A stretch of DNA of 17,611 bases, from the NCBI GenBank assembly GCA_031425655.1, contig JANPJS010000237.1, positions 1 through 17,611 on the forward strand. The letters are read 5' to 3'. Below are positions 7,287 through 15,796 of this stretch, one piece after another. The translations under genes were made by a program, and so were the position numbers. This stretch comes from Abditibacteriaceae bacterium. Its GTDB lineage: Bacteria; Armatimonadota; Abditibacteriia; Abditibacteriales; Abditibacteriaceae. The notes below the pieces were generated by a model. The model was not told the origin of the DNA. It did no database searches and was given only the letters and a program-made list of their open reading frames with translations. Position 1 is the stretch's first letter, and each line of letters begins with the position of its first letter.

Positions 7287-9512
7287 TTAAACATCGGCTC
7301 GTTCGACATTGTCCGGCGTTTTTCCGACAGCGGCGGTCATCTCGCGCGCGGCGCCTTCAGGGTCGGCGATGGTCGCGGCGTCGGCTTCCTTGCCTGTTCT
7401 CATGTCTTTGGAAATCAACACTACAACGCTGTGCCCATTGACGATATAAACATTGCCGTCCACAGGCGTTTCGCGGCCTTGCTCGGCGAAATCGTCGGGC
7501 GAATGCAGCGAAGTATCCAATGAGCGGTGCCAGGTGCGCGCCGCGACGTGCGGAATCTCGAACGGCAGCGATTCCCAGCTCATGTTCATCATGACGTGCA
7601 TATCGGGATCGTCGCCGAAACCGGCCATCGTGAAGGCCAGGACATTAGAACCGGGATCGTCCCAACCCGGCCCGTTTAACTGGCAGCCGTGCCAACCGAC
7701 ATCAGGCAATCCGCGCTCGTTGAGTTGGCCGTTGAAAAAGCGCGTGCGGCGCAGAATCGGGTGCGATTTGCGGAACGCGATCATCTGCGTGAAGAAGCGC
7801 AGCGTGTCGCTGTGTTTGTCAACAAGGCTCCAGTCGAACCACGAAATTTCGTTGTCCTGACAATACGCGTTGTTGTTGCCGCCCTGTGTTTTGCGCACTT
7901 CGTCGCCGGCGCAGATCATCGGAACGCCCTGCGAAAGCAGCAAAATCGCCGCGAAATTCTTAATTTGCTGATTGCGAAGCTGTTCGATGCCGGCGTCGTC
8001 GGTTGGGCCTTCGACGCCGCAGTTCCAACTCAGGTTATCGTCCATTCCGTCGCGGTTGCCTTCGCCGTTGGCCGCGTTGTGCTTGTTGTTATACGACACC
8101 ATGTCGTTCAGAGTGAAGCCATCGTGGCAGGTGATGAAATTCACGCTGTTGACCGGCAATTCGCCGCCGTATTGAAACACTTCGGCGCTGCCGCCAATCG
8201 AGCTGGCAACAAGGCCAACCAATCCGGTGTCGCCCTTGACAAAGCGACGAATCGAGTCGCGGTAGCGCCCATTCCACTCGCCCCAGCGATAGCCGGGAAA
8301 ATGCCCGCTTTCGTTCAAGCCTTCGGCGTCCCAACACTCAGCGATGACTTTGGAATCTGCAAGCGTTTCCGACAACTCGATTTGCCAGATCACCGGCGGA
8401 TTCGGCATCGGCGCGCCGTTTTCATCGCGCGTGAGAACCACGGCTTCATCGAAGCGAAAGCCGTCAACGTGCATCTCGCGCACCCAGAATTCCAGCGAGT
8501 CAATGATGAACTTTTCAACAATCGGATGGTTGGCGTTAACGCTGTTGCCGCAGCCGGTGTAGTTCATATAGAACTCGCGGTCGGCGTGCGACAGCATATA
8601 ATAGGTGCTGTTGGCCAGCCCCTTGAAGCTCATGACCGGCCCCTGCTCGTTGCCTTCGCTGGTGTGGTTGTAAACCACGTCCAAAATGACTTCGAGGCCG
8701 GCCTTGTGAAACGCCTTCACCATATCGCGGAATTCGTTGATGTGCTGGCCAAACTCCGGCGTGGTGCAATAGCTGCTGTGCGGCGCAAAGAAACCAACGG
8801 TGCTGTAACCCCAGTAATTGCACAGCCGCGAGCCATCGGGCATCTCGCGCACGCCTTCTTTGGTGTCGAAGTCGAAGACCGGCAATAGCTCGATAGCCGT
8901 GACGCCTAAGCTTTGGAAATAAGGAATCTTCTCGATCAGACCGGTAAAGGTGCCGCGCGTTTTATCGTTCACGCCCGAAGTCGGCGATTTGGTCAGGCCG
9001 GCAACGTGCGCTTCGTAAATGATGGACTCTTCCATCGGGCGATTAAGTGGCTTGTCGCCTTCCCAATCGTAGCCGGAAAGGTCAATGACCACCGAGCGCA
9101 TCGAAGTTTTGAGGTTGTCGTCCGTCCCGCAGGCGGCACCGCGATCCCAAAGCGTATCGGTGTTGCCACGCGCATAGGGGTCAATCAGCACTTTGTTGGG
9201 GTTGTAACGGTCGCCGCGCCCGTGCAAGTCTTTCGGGCCATCCACGCGATAAGCGTAATGCGCGCCCGACTTCAAGCCGCGCACGTAAACGTGCCAAAAA
9301 TAGAACGTCTTGTTCTTGACCGCATCGAGATTGATGGTCTGAACCGGCTCCACATCGTCGTGGGCATCGAAAATCAGCAGTTCGACACGGGTCGCCGAAT
9401 CCGAATAAATCGAAAAATTGACGCCGTTGTCATCGGGAATCGCGCCCAGAGGATGGCTTTGGCCCGCTTCGGTTTCGTAATAAGTTGTGGTGGGTGGCTT
9501 GGCTTTTTTCAT
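7287..9512 (-). CDS. glgX: Glycogen debranching enzyme / isoamylase (GH13 with CBM48) (741 aa)
   Basis: [52 protein letters not shown] (nucleophile), IAECWD (acid/base), [32 protein letters not shown]. Start 9512 avoids overlap with the VOC gene. Confidence 0.95.
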   Translation of the reverse strand: MKKAKPPTTTYYETEAGQSHPLGAIPDDNGVNFSIYSDSATRVELLIFDAHDDVEPVQTINLDAVKNKTFYFWHVYVRGLKSGAHYAYRVDGPKDLHGRGDRYNPNKVLIDPYARGNTDTLWDRGAACGTDDNLKTSMRSVVIDLSGYDWEGDKPLNRPMEESIIYEAHVAGLTKSPTSGVNDKTRGTFTGLIEKIPYFQSLGVTAIELLPVFDFDTKEGVREMPDGSRLCNYWGYSTVGFFAPHSSYCTTPEFGQHINEFRDMVKAFHKAGLEVILDVVYNHTSEGNEQGPVMSFKGLANSTYYMLSHADREFYMNYTGCGNSVNANHPIVEKFIIDSLEFWVREMHVDGFRFDEAVVLTRDENGAPMPNPPVIWQIELSETLADSKVIAECWDAEGLNESGHFPGYRWGEWNGRYRDSIRRFVKGDTGLVGLVASSIGGSAEVFQYGGELPVNSVNFITCHDGFTLNDMVSYNNKHNAANGEGNRDGMDDNLSWNCGVEGPTDDAGIEQLRNQQIKNFAAILLLSQGVPMICAGDEVRKTQGGNNNAYCQDNEISWFDWSLVDKHSDTLRFFTQMIAFRKSHPILRRTRFFNGQLNERGLPDVGWHGCQLNGPGWDDPGSNVLAFTMAGFGDDPDMHVMMNMSWESLPFEIPHVAARTWHRSLDTSLHSPDDFAEQGRETPVDGNVYIVNGHSVVVLISKDMRTGKEADAATIADPEGAAREMTAAVGKTPDNVERADV

Positions 9513-9516
9513 GAAA

Positions 9517-9942
9517 TTAATCCAGAGGCGGCGGTGAATCCTGATCTGTGTAGCCCTGACTGACTTCCACAATGTTTCCATCGGGATCGCTCAGCCAAAC
9601 GGTGCGCCAGCCGGGAATAAAGGCATCGAAATCGAGCGGCCCCAGCGTGATTGTGGCGTCTTCGCCCATCGCGCTGAGCGTGGCGTCCACATCGTCCACT
9701 TGAAACGCGATATGGCGCAAACCCGGAAAATGCGGCCCGTCGCCGCCGGCGGGCGCCGACGGCGCTTCGCCTTCGGACGAAAACAATTCCAAATACACTT
9801 CGCCGGCCTTCAAGAACACGATTTGCTGCTCGCCGAGAGGAATCACGCGCGCCCGCTGGAAGCCAAAATGCTGCGCGTAAAAACGCTCGGTGGCAAGCGG
9901 GTCTTTGCAGGAAAGCGCGATATGAGAAAATTTAAGAGCCAT
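9517..9942 (-). CDS. VOC (glyoxalase/bleomycin resistance/dioxygenase) family protein (141 aa)
   Basis: SHIALSCKD, FYAQHFGF, YLELF, LRHIAFQVDDVD, DPDGNIVEV; full His/Glu/His/Glu metal-ligand set. Confidence 0.93.
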   Translation of the reverse strand: MALKFSHIALSCKDPLATERFYAQHFGFQRARVIPLGEQQIVFLKAGEVYLELFSSEGEAPSAPAGGDGPHFPGLRHIAFQVDDVDATLSAMGEDATITLGPLDFDAFIPGWRTVWLSDPDGNIVEVSQGYTDQDSPPPLD

Positions 9943-9953
9943 GAGGGTGCCTT

Positions 9954-10634
9954 TTATTTTTTGGGTTTAACCGCACTCGATTTCGCGGCGCTGCCCTGCG
10001 CGGCGATGACTTTTTTGGCCGCCGCGACATTAGCTTTCGCGGCGCTCTTTTCCGCAACAACCGCCTTCTCTGTCAGAATCTCGATGATCTTGCGGGCGAA
10101 GAAATGGCAATGGCCGCCGGTGCGTGCCGTCACTAAGTCGCCGTCCACGACCACGTCTTCGTTGACGTAAATCGCACCCATGTTTTTGGCATCGCCGTGC
10201 AAGTTATTATGCACCACAACCTTGCGGCCCTGAACCAATTCCGGCATCGGCGCCATCAGCCACATTCCATGACAAATTATGCCTTTGAGAATGTCTTTAT
10301 TGGCAAAGGCGCGCTGCATAAAGAGCGTTGCGGGCGGCAGATTATTAACGTCTTCCGTGTAACGCAAGCGGTCAGCCACCATGCCGGCGGGGACGATAAT
10401 CGCGGCATAGGCCGCCAAATCTTCGTCGCTCATGCCTTCGAGACTTTGCTCCGAAAAAACCCCCGAAATGTGATATTCGTGGCCTTTGAAATCAATGTGG
10501 CTCTGGCCCCACAAGCGTGTCAGGAAAACGACTTCGGCGCCTTCTTCGGCGAAACGGTGCTGGTAATACCAGATTTCCGGCTCGTAAAAGTCGCTTTCGA
10601 TGAGAATACCGATTTTTTTGCCTTGCAAATTCAT
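9954..10634 (-). CDS. DJ-1/PfpI family protein with Ala/Lys-rich tail (226 aa; alt GTG start 10652)
   Basis: GKKIGILIESDFYEPE, AIIVPAG, nucleophile elbow GIICHG, VVVDGDLVTAR. ATG 10634 preceded by AAAGGA. Confidence 0.92.
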   Translation of the reverse strand: MNLQGKKIGILIESDFYEPEIWYYQHRFAEEGAEVVFLTRLWGQSHIDFKGHEYHISGVFSEQSLEGMSDEDLAAYAAIIVPAGMVADRLRYTEDVNNLPPATLFMQRAFANKDILKGIICHGMWLMAPMPELVQGRKVVVHNNLHGDAKNMGAIYVNEDVVVDGDLVTARTGGHCHFFARKIIEILTEKAVVAEKSAAKANVAAAKKVIAAQGSAAKSSAVKPKK

Positions 10635-10648
10635 AAGTTGTCCTTTGT

Positions 10649-12199
10649 TCACGACTTCAGGGCTAAATCGGCGACTTTTTCACCAATCATCACGCAAGCC
10701 GCGTTAGTGTTGCCGCGCACAATGTTGGGCATGATCGAAGCATCGGCCACGCGCAAGCCCGCGACGCCGCGCACTCTAAGCTCGGAGTCCACGACCGCCA
10801 TGTCGTCGTTGCCCATTTTGCAGGTGCCCGCGACGTGCCAGACCGTGCGGCAGTAATTGCGAATGTATTCGCGCATTTCATCGGGCGTAGCAGTCGGCCC
10901 CGGCGACACTTCGCCATCGGTGAATTCCTGCATCGGCCCGGTCTTGGTAATCTCGCGCGAAAGCTCAATGCCCTGGCGCAGCACCTCGACATCTGAGGCT
11001 TCCTGTAGATAATTGGCGCGCACGACGGCCAAATCCTGCGGGTTCGCGGAACGCAGGCTCACCGTGCCCCGGCTTTGTGGCCCGACTAAAATCGGCACGA
11101 AGGCAAAGGCCGGCATCGCCACAGGATAAGTCGGCAACACAAATTCCGGCTTTCCGGCGCCAAAGTGATATTGCAAATCCGGCGCTCCGTCGGCTTTGTC
11201 CAGTCCGTTGCTTTGGCCGCGCTGCGTGTTGACGAACAAGCCTGCTTCCGCGATGAAGTAAGGCAACGGCAGGTCGCGCTTCGACTTGTGCCAGACCGGG
11301 AGCAGCAAATGATCCTGCAAATTCTGCCCGACGCCGGGCAAATCCGCCTGCACGTCGAGGCCATGCTGCTGCAACTGGCCCGCAGGGCCGATGCCCGACA
11401 GCATCAGCAATTTCGGCGAGTCGAAGGCGCCCACGCACAAAATCACTTCGCGCGCCGCGTGCGACTGCTGTATCTGGCCTTCGTGCAGATATTCGACGCC
11501 CACGGCGCGCCCGTTTTCCAACAGCACGCGCGTGGTGTGCGCGCCGGTTCGCACCTCAAGGTTGGCCCGGCCCAATATCGGGTTCAGATAGGCGACGGCG
11601 GTGCTGGCGCGCTGGCCGTCGGGCGTGACGGTGAATTGATAAAGCCCCGTCCCGTTTTCCTGCTGCGCGCCGTTGAAGTCGTGATCCCCGGCAAAGCCTA
11701 ACTCAGGCCCGGCCTGCGCGAAGGCTTCCGCGACGGGCGTCGGATAAGGATTGCGCCGCACGCTGAGAGGCCCATCACCGCCGTGAAACGCAGAGTCGCC
11801 GCCTTCGCAGGTTTCCATGCGCTTGAAAAAGGGCAGCACTTCGTCAAAGCTCCAGCCGGGGTTGCCCAACGCGCTCCAGCTATCGAAATCGCGCCGGTTG
11901 CCTCGGACGTGAATCATCGCGTTGAGCGCGCTCGAACCGCCCAGCACTTTACCGCGCGCAATGGGAATCACACGATTGTTGAGGCCCGGCTCCGGTTCGG
12001 TGGCGTAATTCCAGTCCACCTCGCTGCCCCACAGCTTGAGCAAATCCGGCGGATTATGAATCTCCGGTTTGGTGTCGGGGCCGCCGGCTTCGAGCAGCAG
12101 CACCCGATTGCCGGCGTCGGCGCTCAGGCGATGCGCCACGACGCAGCCCGCCGATCCCGCGCCGATGACGATGAAGTCGAAAGTGCTATCGGCACTCAT
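10649..12199 (-). CDS. GMC family FAD oxidoreductase (choline/glucose dehydrogenase-like) (516 aa)
   Basis: FDFIVIGAGSAG, RGKVLGGSSALNAM, GAFDSPKLLMLSGIG, GQNLQDH, WHVAGTCKMG, RVADASIMP, GNTNA. ATG 12199 preceded by GGGAG. Confidence 0.95.
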   Translation of the reverse strand: MSADSTFDFIVIGAGSAGCVVAHRLSADAGNRVLLLEAGGPDTKPEIHNPPDLLKLWGSEVDWNYATEPEPGLNNRVIPIARGKVLGGSSALNAMIHVRGNRRDFDSWSALGNPGWSFDEVLPFFKRMETCEGGDSAFHGGDGPLSVRRNPYPTPVAEAFAQAGPELGFAGDHDFNGAQQENGTGLYQFTVTPDGQRASTAVAYLNPILGRANLEVRTGAHTTRVLLENGRAVGVEYLHEGQIQQSHAAREVILCVGAFDSPKLLMLSGIGPAGQLQQHGLDVQADLPGVGQNLQDHLLLPVWHKSKRDLPLPYFIAEAGLFVNTQRGQSNGLDKADGAPDLQYHFGAGKPEFVLPTYPVAMPAFAFVPILVGPQSRGTVSLRSANPQDLAVVRANYLQEASDVEVLRQGIELSREITKTGPMQEFTDGEVSPGPTATPDEMREYIRNYCRTVWHVAGTCKMGNDDMAVVDSELRVRGVAGLRVADASIMPNIVRGNTNAACVMIGEKVADLALKS

Positions 12200-12216
12200 A
12201 ATTTCTCCCGTCGAAA

Positions 12217-12648
12217 CTAACCGTTGGCCCGAATTCCACCCAACTGAGTCAGCAGGCTCAGGGCGTCGGGAACATCCCAATATTCGGCGACTTTGCCGTT
12301 TTCCAGACGCAGCACGCTGGCGCCCTTATATTCGACTTTTTTGCCCGTCGCGGGAATGCCCAGATAGGTATCGGAATGGGTGCCGGTTGAGACCCAGTAA
12401 ACCCAGGCACGGTCGCCCTGCGCGGCGCTGTCGAGAATCTCCATACGACCGTCGGGAAAGGCTTGCTGCCACTCGGCCACCATGCCGGTAAACGCCGCTT
12501 TATCAAGCGGCTGCGGACGCGGCGCGATATACATCTGAAAATCGTCCGTCAAATTTTCGGCGATCACCTGCGCGGCATCGGGCGTGTGCCACACGCCGTC
12601 CCAGATGCGCTCGAAGGTTGCTTTGAGATCGTTTGCTTGAAGTTCCAT
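12217..12648 (-). CDS. SnoaL-like ester cyclase (NTF2 fold) (143 aa)
   Basis: AFPDG, GTHSDTYLGIPATGKKV, RLENGKVAEYW..D..LLTQLG signature. Confidence 0.92.
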   Translation of the reverse strand: MELQANDLKATFERIWDGVWHTPDAAQVIAENLTDDFQMYIAPRPQPLDKAAFTGMVAEWQQAFPDGRMEILDSAAQGDRAWVYWVSTGTHSDTYLGIPATGKKVEYKGASVLRLENGKVAEYWDVPDALSLLTQLGGIRANG

Positions 12649-12653
12649 GAGTT

Positions 12654-13808
12654 TCAGGGTTTAGGGCGCGGCTCGGTTCCACCGGGATAACTCACCGGGC
12701 GATGCGCGTCGTAATCAATGTTCTTTCCGACAAAGCCAAAGGTCATCTGCCGCACGTTGAAGCCGGGAATCGCCGGGCTGCCGTAATCGAGAAAATCGAA
12801 GGGATAGCCTTTGCGAACAATCGGTGTGGTCAGCGCAGCGTCGGTTGCCTCCACGACTTTCTGGAACTCGTCGGGCGTGAACTGCCAATCGAGACAAACG
12901 AGGTTTTCCTTCATCTGCTCAACGGTTCGCGCGCTGAAAATCGGGATAATGTTTTGATAGCGCAGAAAGTTGAGCGCGACCTGCACGGGAGGACGCCCGA
13001 TTTCCTGCGCGACGCGCATCACGCTATCCATGATTTGCTTATTGCGCTCCAACCCGGCGCGCCAGATGTGATCCTGGGCCGGATCGAGCGGTTCCTGCAA
13101 ACGATGAGTTTGGTTGGGATCAAGTTCGCCGCTGTTATATTTGCCCGTCACCATGCCGCCCGAAAGCGGCGACCACGCCGTCACGGCCATGTCCATGGTC
13201 TGTGCCATCGGCAGATAATCGCGCTCGGCGCTGCGCTCGACCACGTTGTATTCAACCTGTAGCGCATTGAACGGCGTCCAGCCGCGAAAATCGGCGATGG
13301 TGTTGGCCTGCGAGCAAATCCACGCCGGCACGTTCGAGGCCCCGATGTAGAGAATCTTTCCGGCGCGCACCAAGTCGTCTAAGGCGCGCATCACTTCTTC
13401 AATCGGCGTGGTGAAGTCCCAGATGTGAACCCACAGCAAATCAATGTAATCGGTTTGCAGGCGCTTGAGGCTGGCTTCGACCGAGCGCACCAGATTCTTG
13501 CGATGGTTGCCCGAAGCGTTCGGGTCGTTCATCATCGCAAAGGTGTCATAAAGCGAATACTTCGAGCCAAGCACGAATTTATCGCGCTCACTGGCGATGA
13601 ACTCACCTAATAATTCCTCGGACATTCCTTCCTGATAGCGGTTGGATGTATCGAGAAAATTGCCACCGGCTTCGACGAACGCCTCGAAAATCTGGCGACT
13701 GGCGTCCTTGTCCGAGCCGAGCGGCCCCCACATCGTGCCGAAGGTGCCTGCACCCAGGCAAAGCTCGGAAACGCGCAGGCCACTACGGCCCAACAATTTA
13801 TATCGCAT
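12654..13808 (-). CDS. Aldo/keto reductase (384 aa)
   Basis: LGRSGLRVSELCLG, catalytic tetrad D/Y (LDTSNRY), K (GSKY), H (WVHIWD), SLKRLQTDYIDL, AWSPLSGG. Confidence 0.95.
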   Translation of the reverse strand: MRYKLLGRSGLRVSELCLGAGTFGTMWGPLGSDKDASRQIFEAFVEAGGNFLDTSNRYQEGMSEELLGEFIASERDKFVLGSKYSLYDTFAMMNDPNASGNHRKNLVRSVEASLKRLQTDYIDLLWVHIWDFTTPIEEVMRALDDLVRAGKILYIGASNVPAWICSQANTIADFRGWTPFNALQVEYNVVERSAERDYLPMAQTMDMAVTAWSPLSGGMVTGKYNSGELDPNQTHRLQEPLDPAQDHIWRAGLERNKQIMDSVMRVAQEIGRPPVQVALNFLRYQNIIPIFSARTVEQMKENLVCLDWQFTPDEFQKVVEATDAALTTPIVRKGYPFDFLDYGSPAIPGFNVRQMTFGFVGKNIDYDAHRPVSYPGGTEPRPKP

Positions 13809-13852
13809 GGCAAACCTCTACTGAATTACTCAGCCCCGGTTGATAAGCGGAG

Positions 13853-13885
13853 CAGCGCGCGGCGACAAATTGACGCCGCGCGCTG
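13853..13885. terminator. GC-rich intergenic stem-loop (terminator or mRNA-stabilising hairpin)
   Basis: CAGCGCGCGGCG (13853-13864) / CGCCGCGCGCTG (13874-13885), perfect 12-bp stem just downstream of the beta-barrel stop; no U-tract. Confidence 0.55.
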
Positions 13886-13897
13886 ACCTGATGGGTT

Positions 13898-14794
13898 TTA
13901 AAAGAAAACGCGCACGCCGGCTTCAACGGTGCCGGTATTGCCGCCGGTCACGTCGAGCGGCACGACCAAGCCCGGAACGGGCGGAACGTCGAAGCGGAAT
14001 TTGAGCTTAGTGCCTAAGAACTTGCGATAGCCCAGCGTGAACTCCGTGCGCCTGTTGACCGCGTAGGAGGTGCCGATGCGGTATTGCCAGGCGTTCGTTT
14101 CGGTGCTGCGCGTGTCGAGGACGATGTTGGCTCCCGACAAACTGGGCGCCGTAAAGCCGTTAATGCTCGACTGATAAACGCCATAGCCGGCGCCGATGTA
14201 AGGCTTGAAGCGCGACTTTTTCAAGGGCAGATCATAGTAGACATTGGCCATGAACGCGCGCAGTCCGACGTTGCCCACCGACGGCTCATTCGTGCCCGTC
14301 GCTGTGTTGGTGATAAAGGTCTTGTTCTTGTTGTTCTGATAGCTGCTTTCCGCTTCCAAGCGGATGCCGTTGCCAAAGCGATAGCCGGCCATTCCATTCA
14401 GGCCGAAGCCGTTGGAAAATACCGCCGCCGTTTGCGGAACCGCCGTGATATCGGTTGACTGCTTGCGATTGACACGACCAGCGCTCATACCTAAATACCA
14501 TCCGGTTGCCTTACCCGGCTCCGCCGTCTCCGTTCCGCCCGGCGTCACGCTGGTCTGGCCGCGCAACTCGGCCACTTCCTTTTCCAAACGCTCCTGACGC
14601 GCCTTGAACCCTTCCCATTCCGCGCGCGGGATTGTCACCGTGTCGCCGGGGCCAACCTGTGCCAGCAGCACAGGAGCCGGCGGCGCGGAGGACGGCGCTT
14701 CTTCAGTGCGCGCCTCTTCGGCCTGCACCGCCGCCATCAATCCGACTGCCAGTAGCTGCGTCATCACAACGCCACGTCTCATTGCCTTGTTCAT
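13898..14794 (-). CDS. Outer-membrane beta-barrel protein (OmpA-like/opacity-porin type) with signal peptide (298 aa)
   Basis: ATG 14794 preceded by AAGGAG; signal peptide ending VQA; strands GWYLGMSAG, AGYRFGNGIRLEAE, FMANVYYDL, FKPYIGAGYG, AWQYRIGTSY; C-terminal Phe (VEAGVRVFF). Confidence 0.88.
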   Translation of the reverse strand: MNKAMRRGVVMTQLLAVGLMAAVQAEEARTEEAPSSAPPAPVLLAQVGPGDTVTIPRAEWEGFKARQERLEKEVAELRGQTSVTPGGTETAEPGKATGWYLGMSAGRVNRKQSTDITAVPQTAAVFSNGFGLNGMAGYRFGNGIRLEAESSYQNNKNKTFITNTATGTNEPSVGNVGLRAFMANVYYDLPLKKSRFKPYIGAGYGVYQSSINGFTAPSLSGANIVLDTRSTETNAWQYRIGTSYAVNRRTEFTLGYRKFLGTKLKFRFDVPPVPGLVVPLDVTGGNTGTVEAGVRVFF

Positions 14795-14877
14795 CTCGTT
14801 GCTCCTTGGTTTAATTACGGCTTCGCATATTGGAAAGGCGCACAACAGGCGCGCCACAAGTTTGCGCATTCTACAGA

Positions 14878-15270
14878 TCAGGCCAGCGAGCCATCGGGAT
14901 GTTGCACCATGCCCGCGAAGTGAATGGCGATTTTTCCATCGCGCAACACCCAACTGTCGGCAAAACGCATATTGGCTTCACCTTGCGCGGTTTTCATCGC
15001 GATTTGCTCGGTGATCATCAGCGTTTGTGGGTCTTCGGTTTCAGCCCAGAACACGATCTCGGTTTCCAGGCCGTCTATGCCTAAAATCCCCTGCATATGC
15101 TCGCGCAGTTGATCGCGGCCCCGATAAATAATCGGTGTCTTCATGAAGCTGCTAATAAGCAAGGCGTCGTCGGTGTATTGGTCGAGCAGCGCCTCAATGT
15201 TCTTTTCCAAAATGAGGTTGATGTGCTCCCGATACATCCGGCCCATCGTGGTGTCCGGCACGTTTTTCAT
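14878..15270 (-). CDS. NTF2/SnoaL-like domain protein (130 aa)
   Basis: NIEALLDQYTDDALLIS..YRGRDQLREH..DSWVLRDGKIAIHF pattern; AAAGGA RBS. Confidence 0.87.
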   Translation of the reverse strand: MKNVPDTTMGRMYREHINLILEKNIEALLDQYTDDALLISSFMKTPIIYRGRDQLREHMQGILGIDGLETEIVFWAETEDPQTLMITEQIAMKTAQGEANMRFADSWVLRDGKIAIHFAGMVQHPDGSLA

Positions 15271-15294
15271 GATAATCCTTTCGAGGCGGCGCGC

Positions 15295-15771
15295 TCACAG
15301 GGCTGCAAAACCGGGCGCGTATTCAAACGGCTTCACGGCTGCGTTGTAGGAACTAATTTCCAATCCAAAGGTGTTGAGAGTGCCTTTCTTGTCCGTCGGG
15401 CGAATTGTCCAACTTTGAAAAGCGTTCATCGAAGTGCGATGCGATTTGGCGTCCTGCATCAAACCCGTCGCATTGAACCAACTCGCCTGCCACGCCACGA
15501 CAATACTCAGTTCGGCCTGCGAATCCGAAGAGTTAGCAATCTCCACGCTTACGACGTTGTGATTCTCATCGAAAAAGGTCTTGATGATGATGTCCACATA
15601 CCATTTGCGGAAGCCTTCGTAGCCGGTAAACGGCGGGTCGGGCGGAAAATTCATTTCCACATCCGAAGCCAGAAATTCGAGGCAATGCTCCACGGGAGCA
15701 TGAATATCGAGGGCGTTATACCAAGCCGCCGCAAAATTTTTGATGTTCTGTTCGCTTAAAACGTCAGTCAC
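15295..15771 (-). CDS. NTF2/SnoaL-like domain protein (158 aa)
   Basis: GTG start at 15771 with AAGGAG RBS; FLASDVEMNFP..FTGYEGFRKWY followed by beta-strand-like segments. Confidence 0.78.
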   Translation of the reverse strand: MTDVLSEQNIKNFAAAWYNALDIHAPVEHCLEFLASDVEMNFPPDPPFTGYEGFRKWYVDIIIKTFFDENHNVVSVEIANSSDSQAELSIVVAWQASWFNATGLMQDAKSHRTSMNAFQSWTIRPTDKKGTLNTFGLEISSYNAAVKPFEYAPGFAAL

Positions 15772-15796
15772 AATGTTCTCCTTATTGCTCCGCCGC

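Noticed and set aside
7689..8888. 399-aa plus-strand ORF (also 6117-7088, 1247-1912, 1582-2190, 8913-9563, 10197-10856, 15097-15759 and others)
   Set aside because: Antisense shadows of well-supported minus-strand genes in GC-rich DNA; no recognisable motifs.
7287..9512. Standard glycogen or trehalose operon
   Set aside because: glgX is present without glgA/B/C/P or treY/Z/S.
14837..14855. Small GGCGC..GCGCC hairpin upstream of the beta-barrel gene
   Set aside because: Short, imperfect and expected by chance at this GC content.
14795..14953. N-terminal extensions in the ORF track (starts 14953, 15858, 12280, 9581, 7286, 5301)
   Set aside because: They overlap upstream genes or hairpins or lack an RBS; downstream starts fit domain boundaries and mostly have SD motifs.
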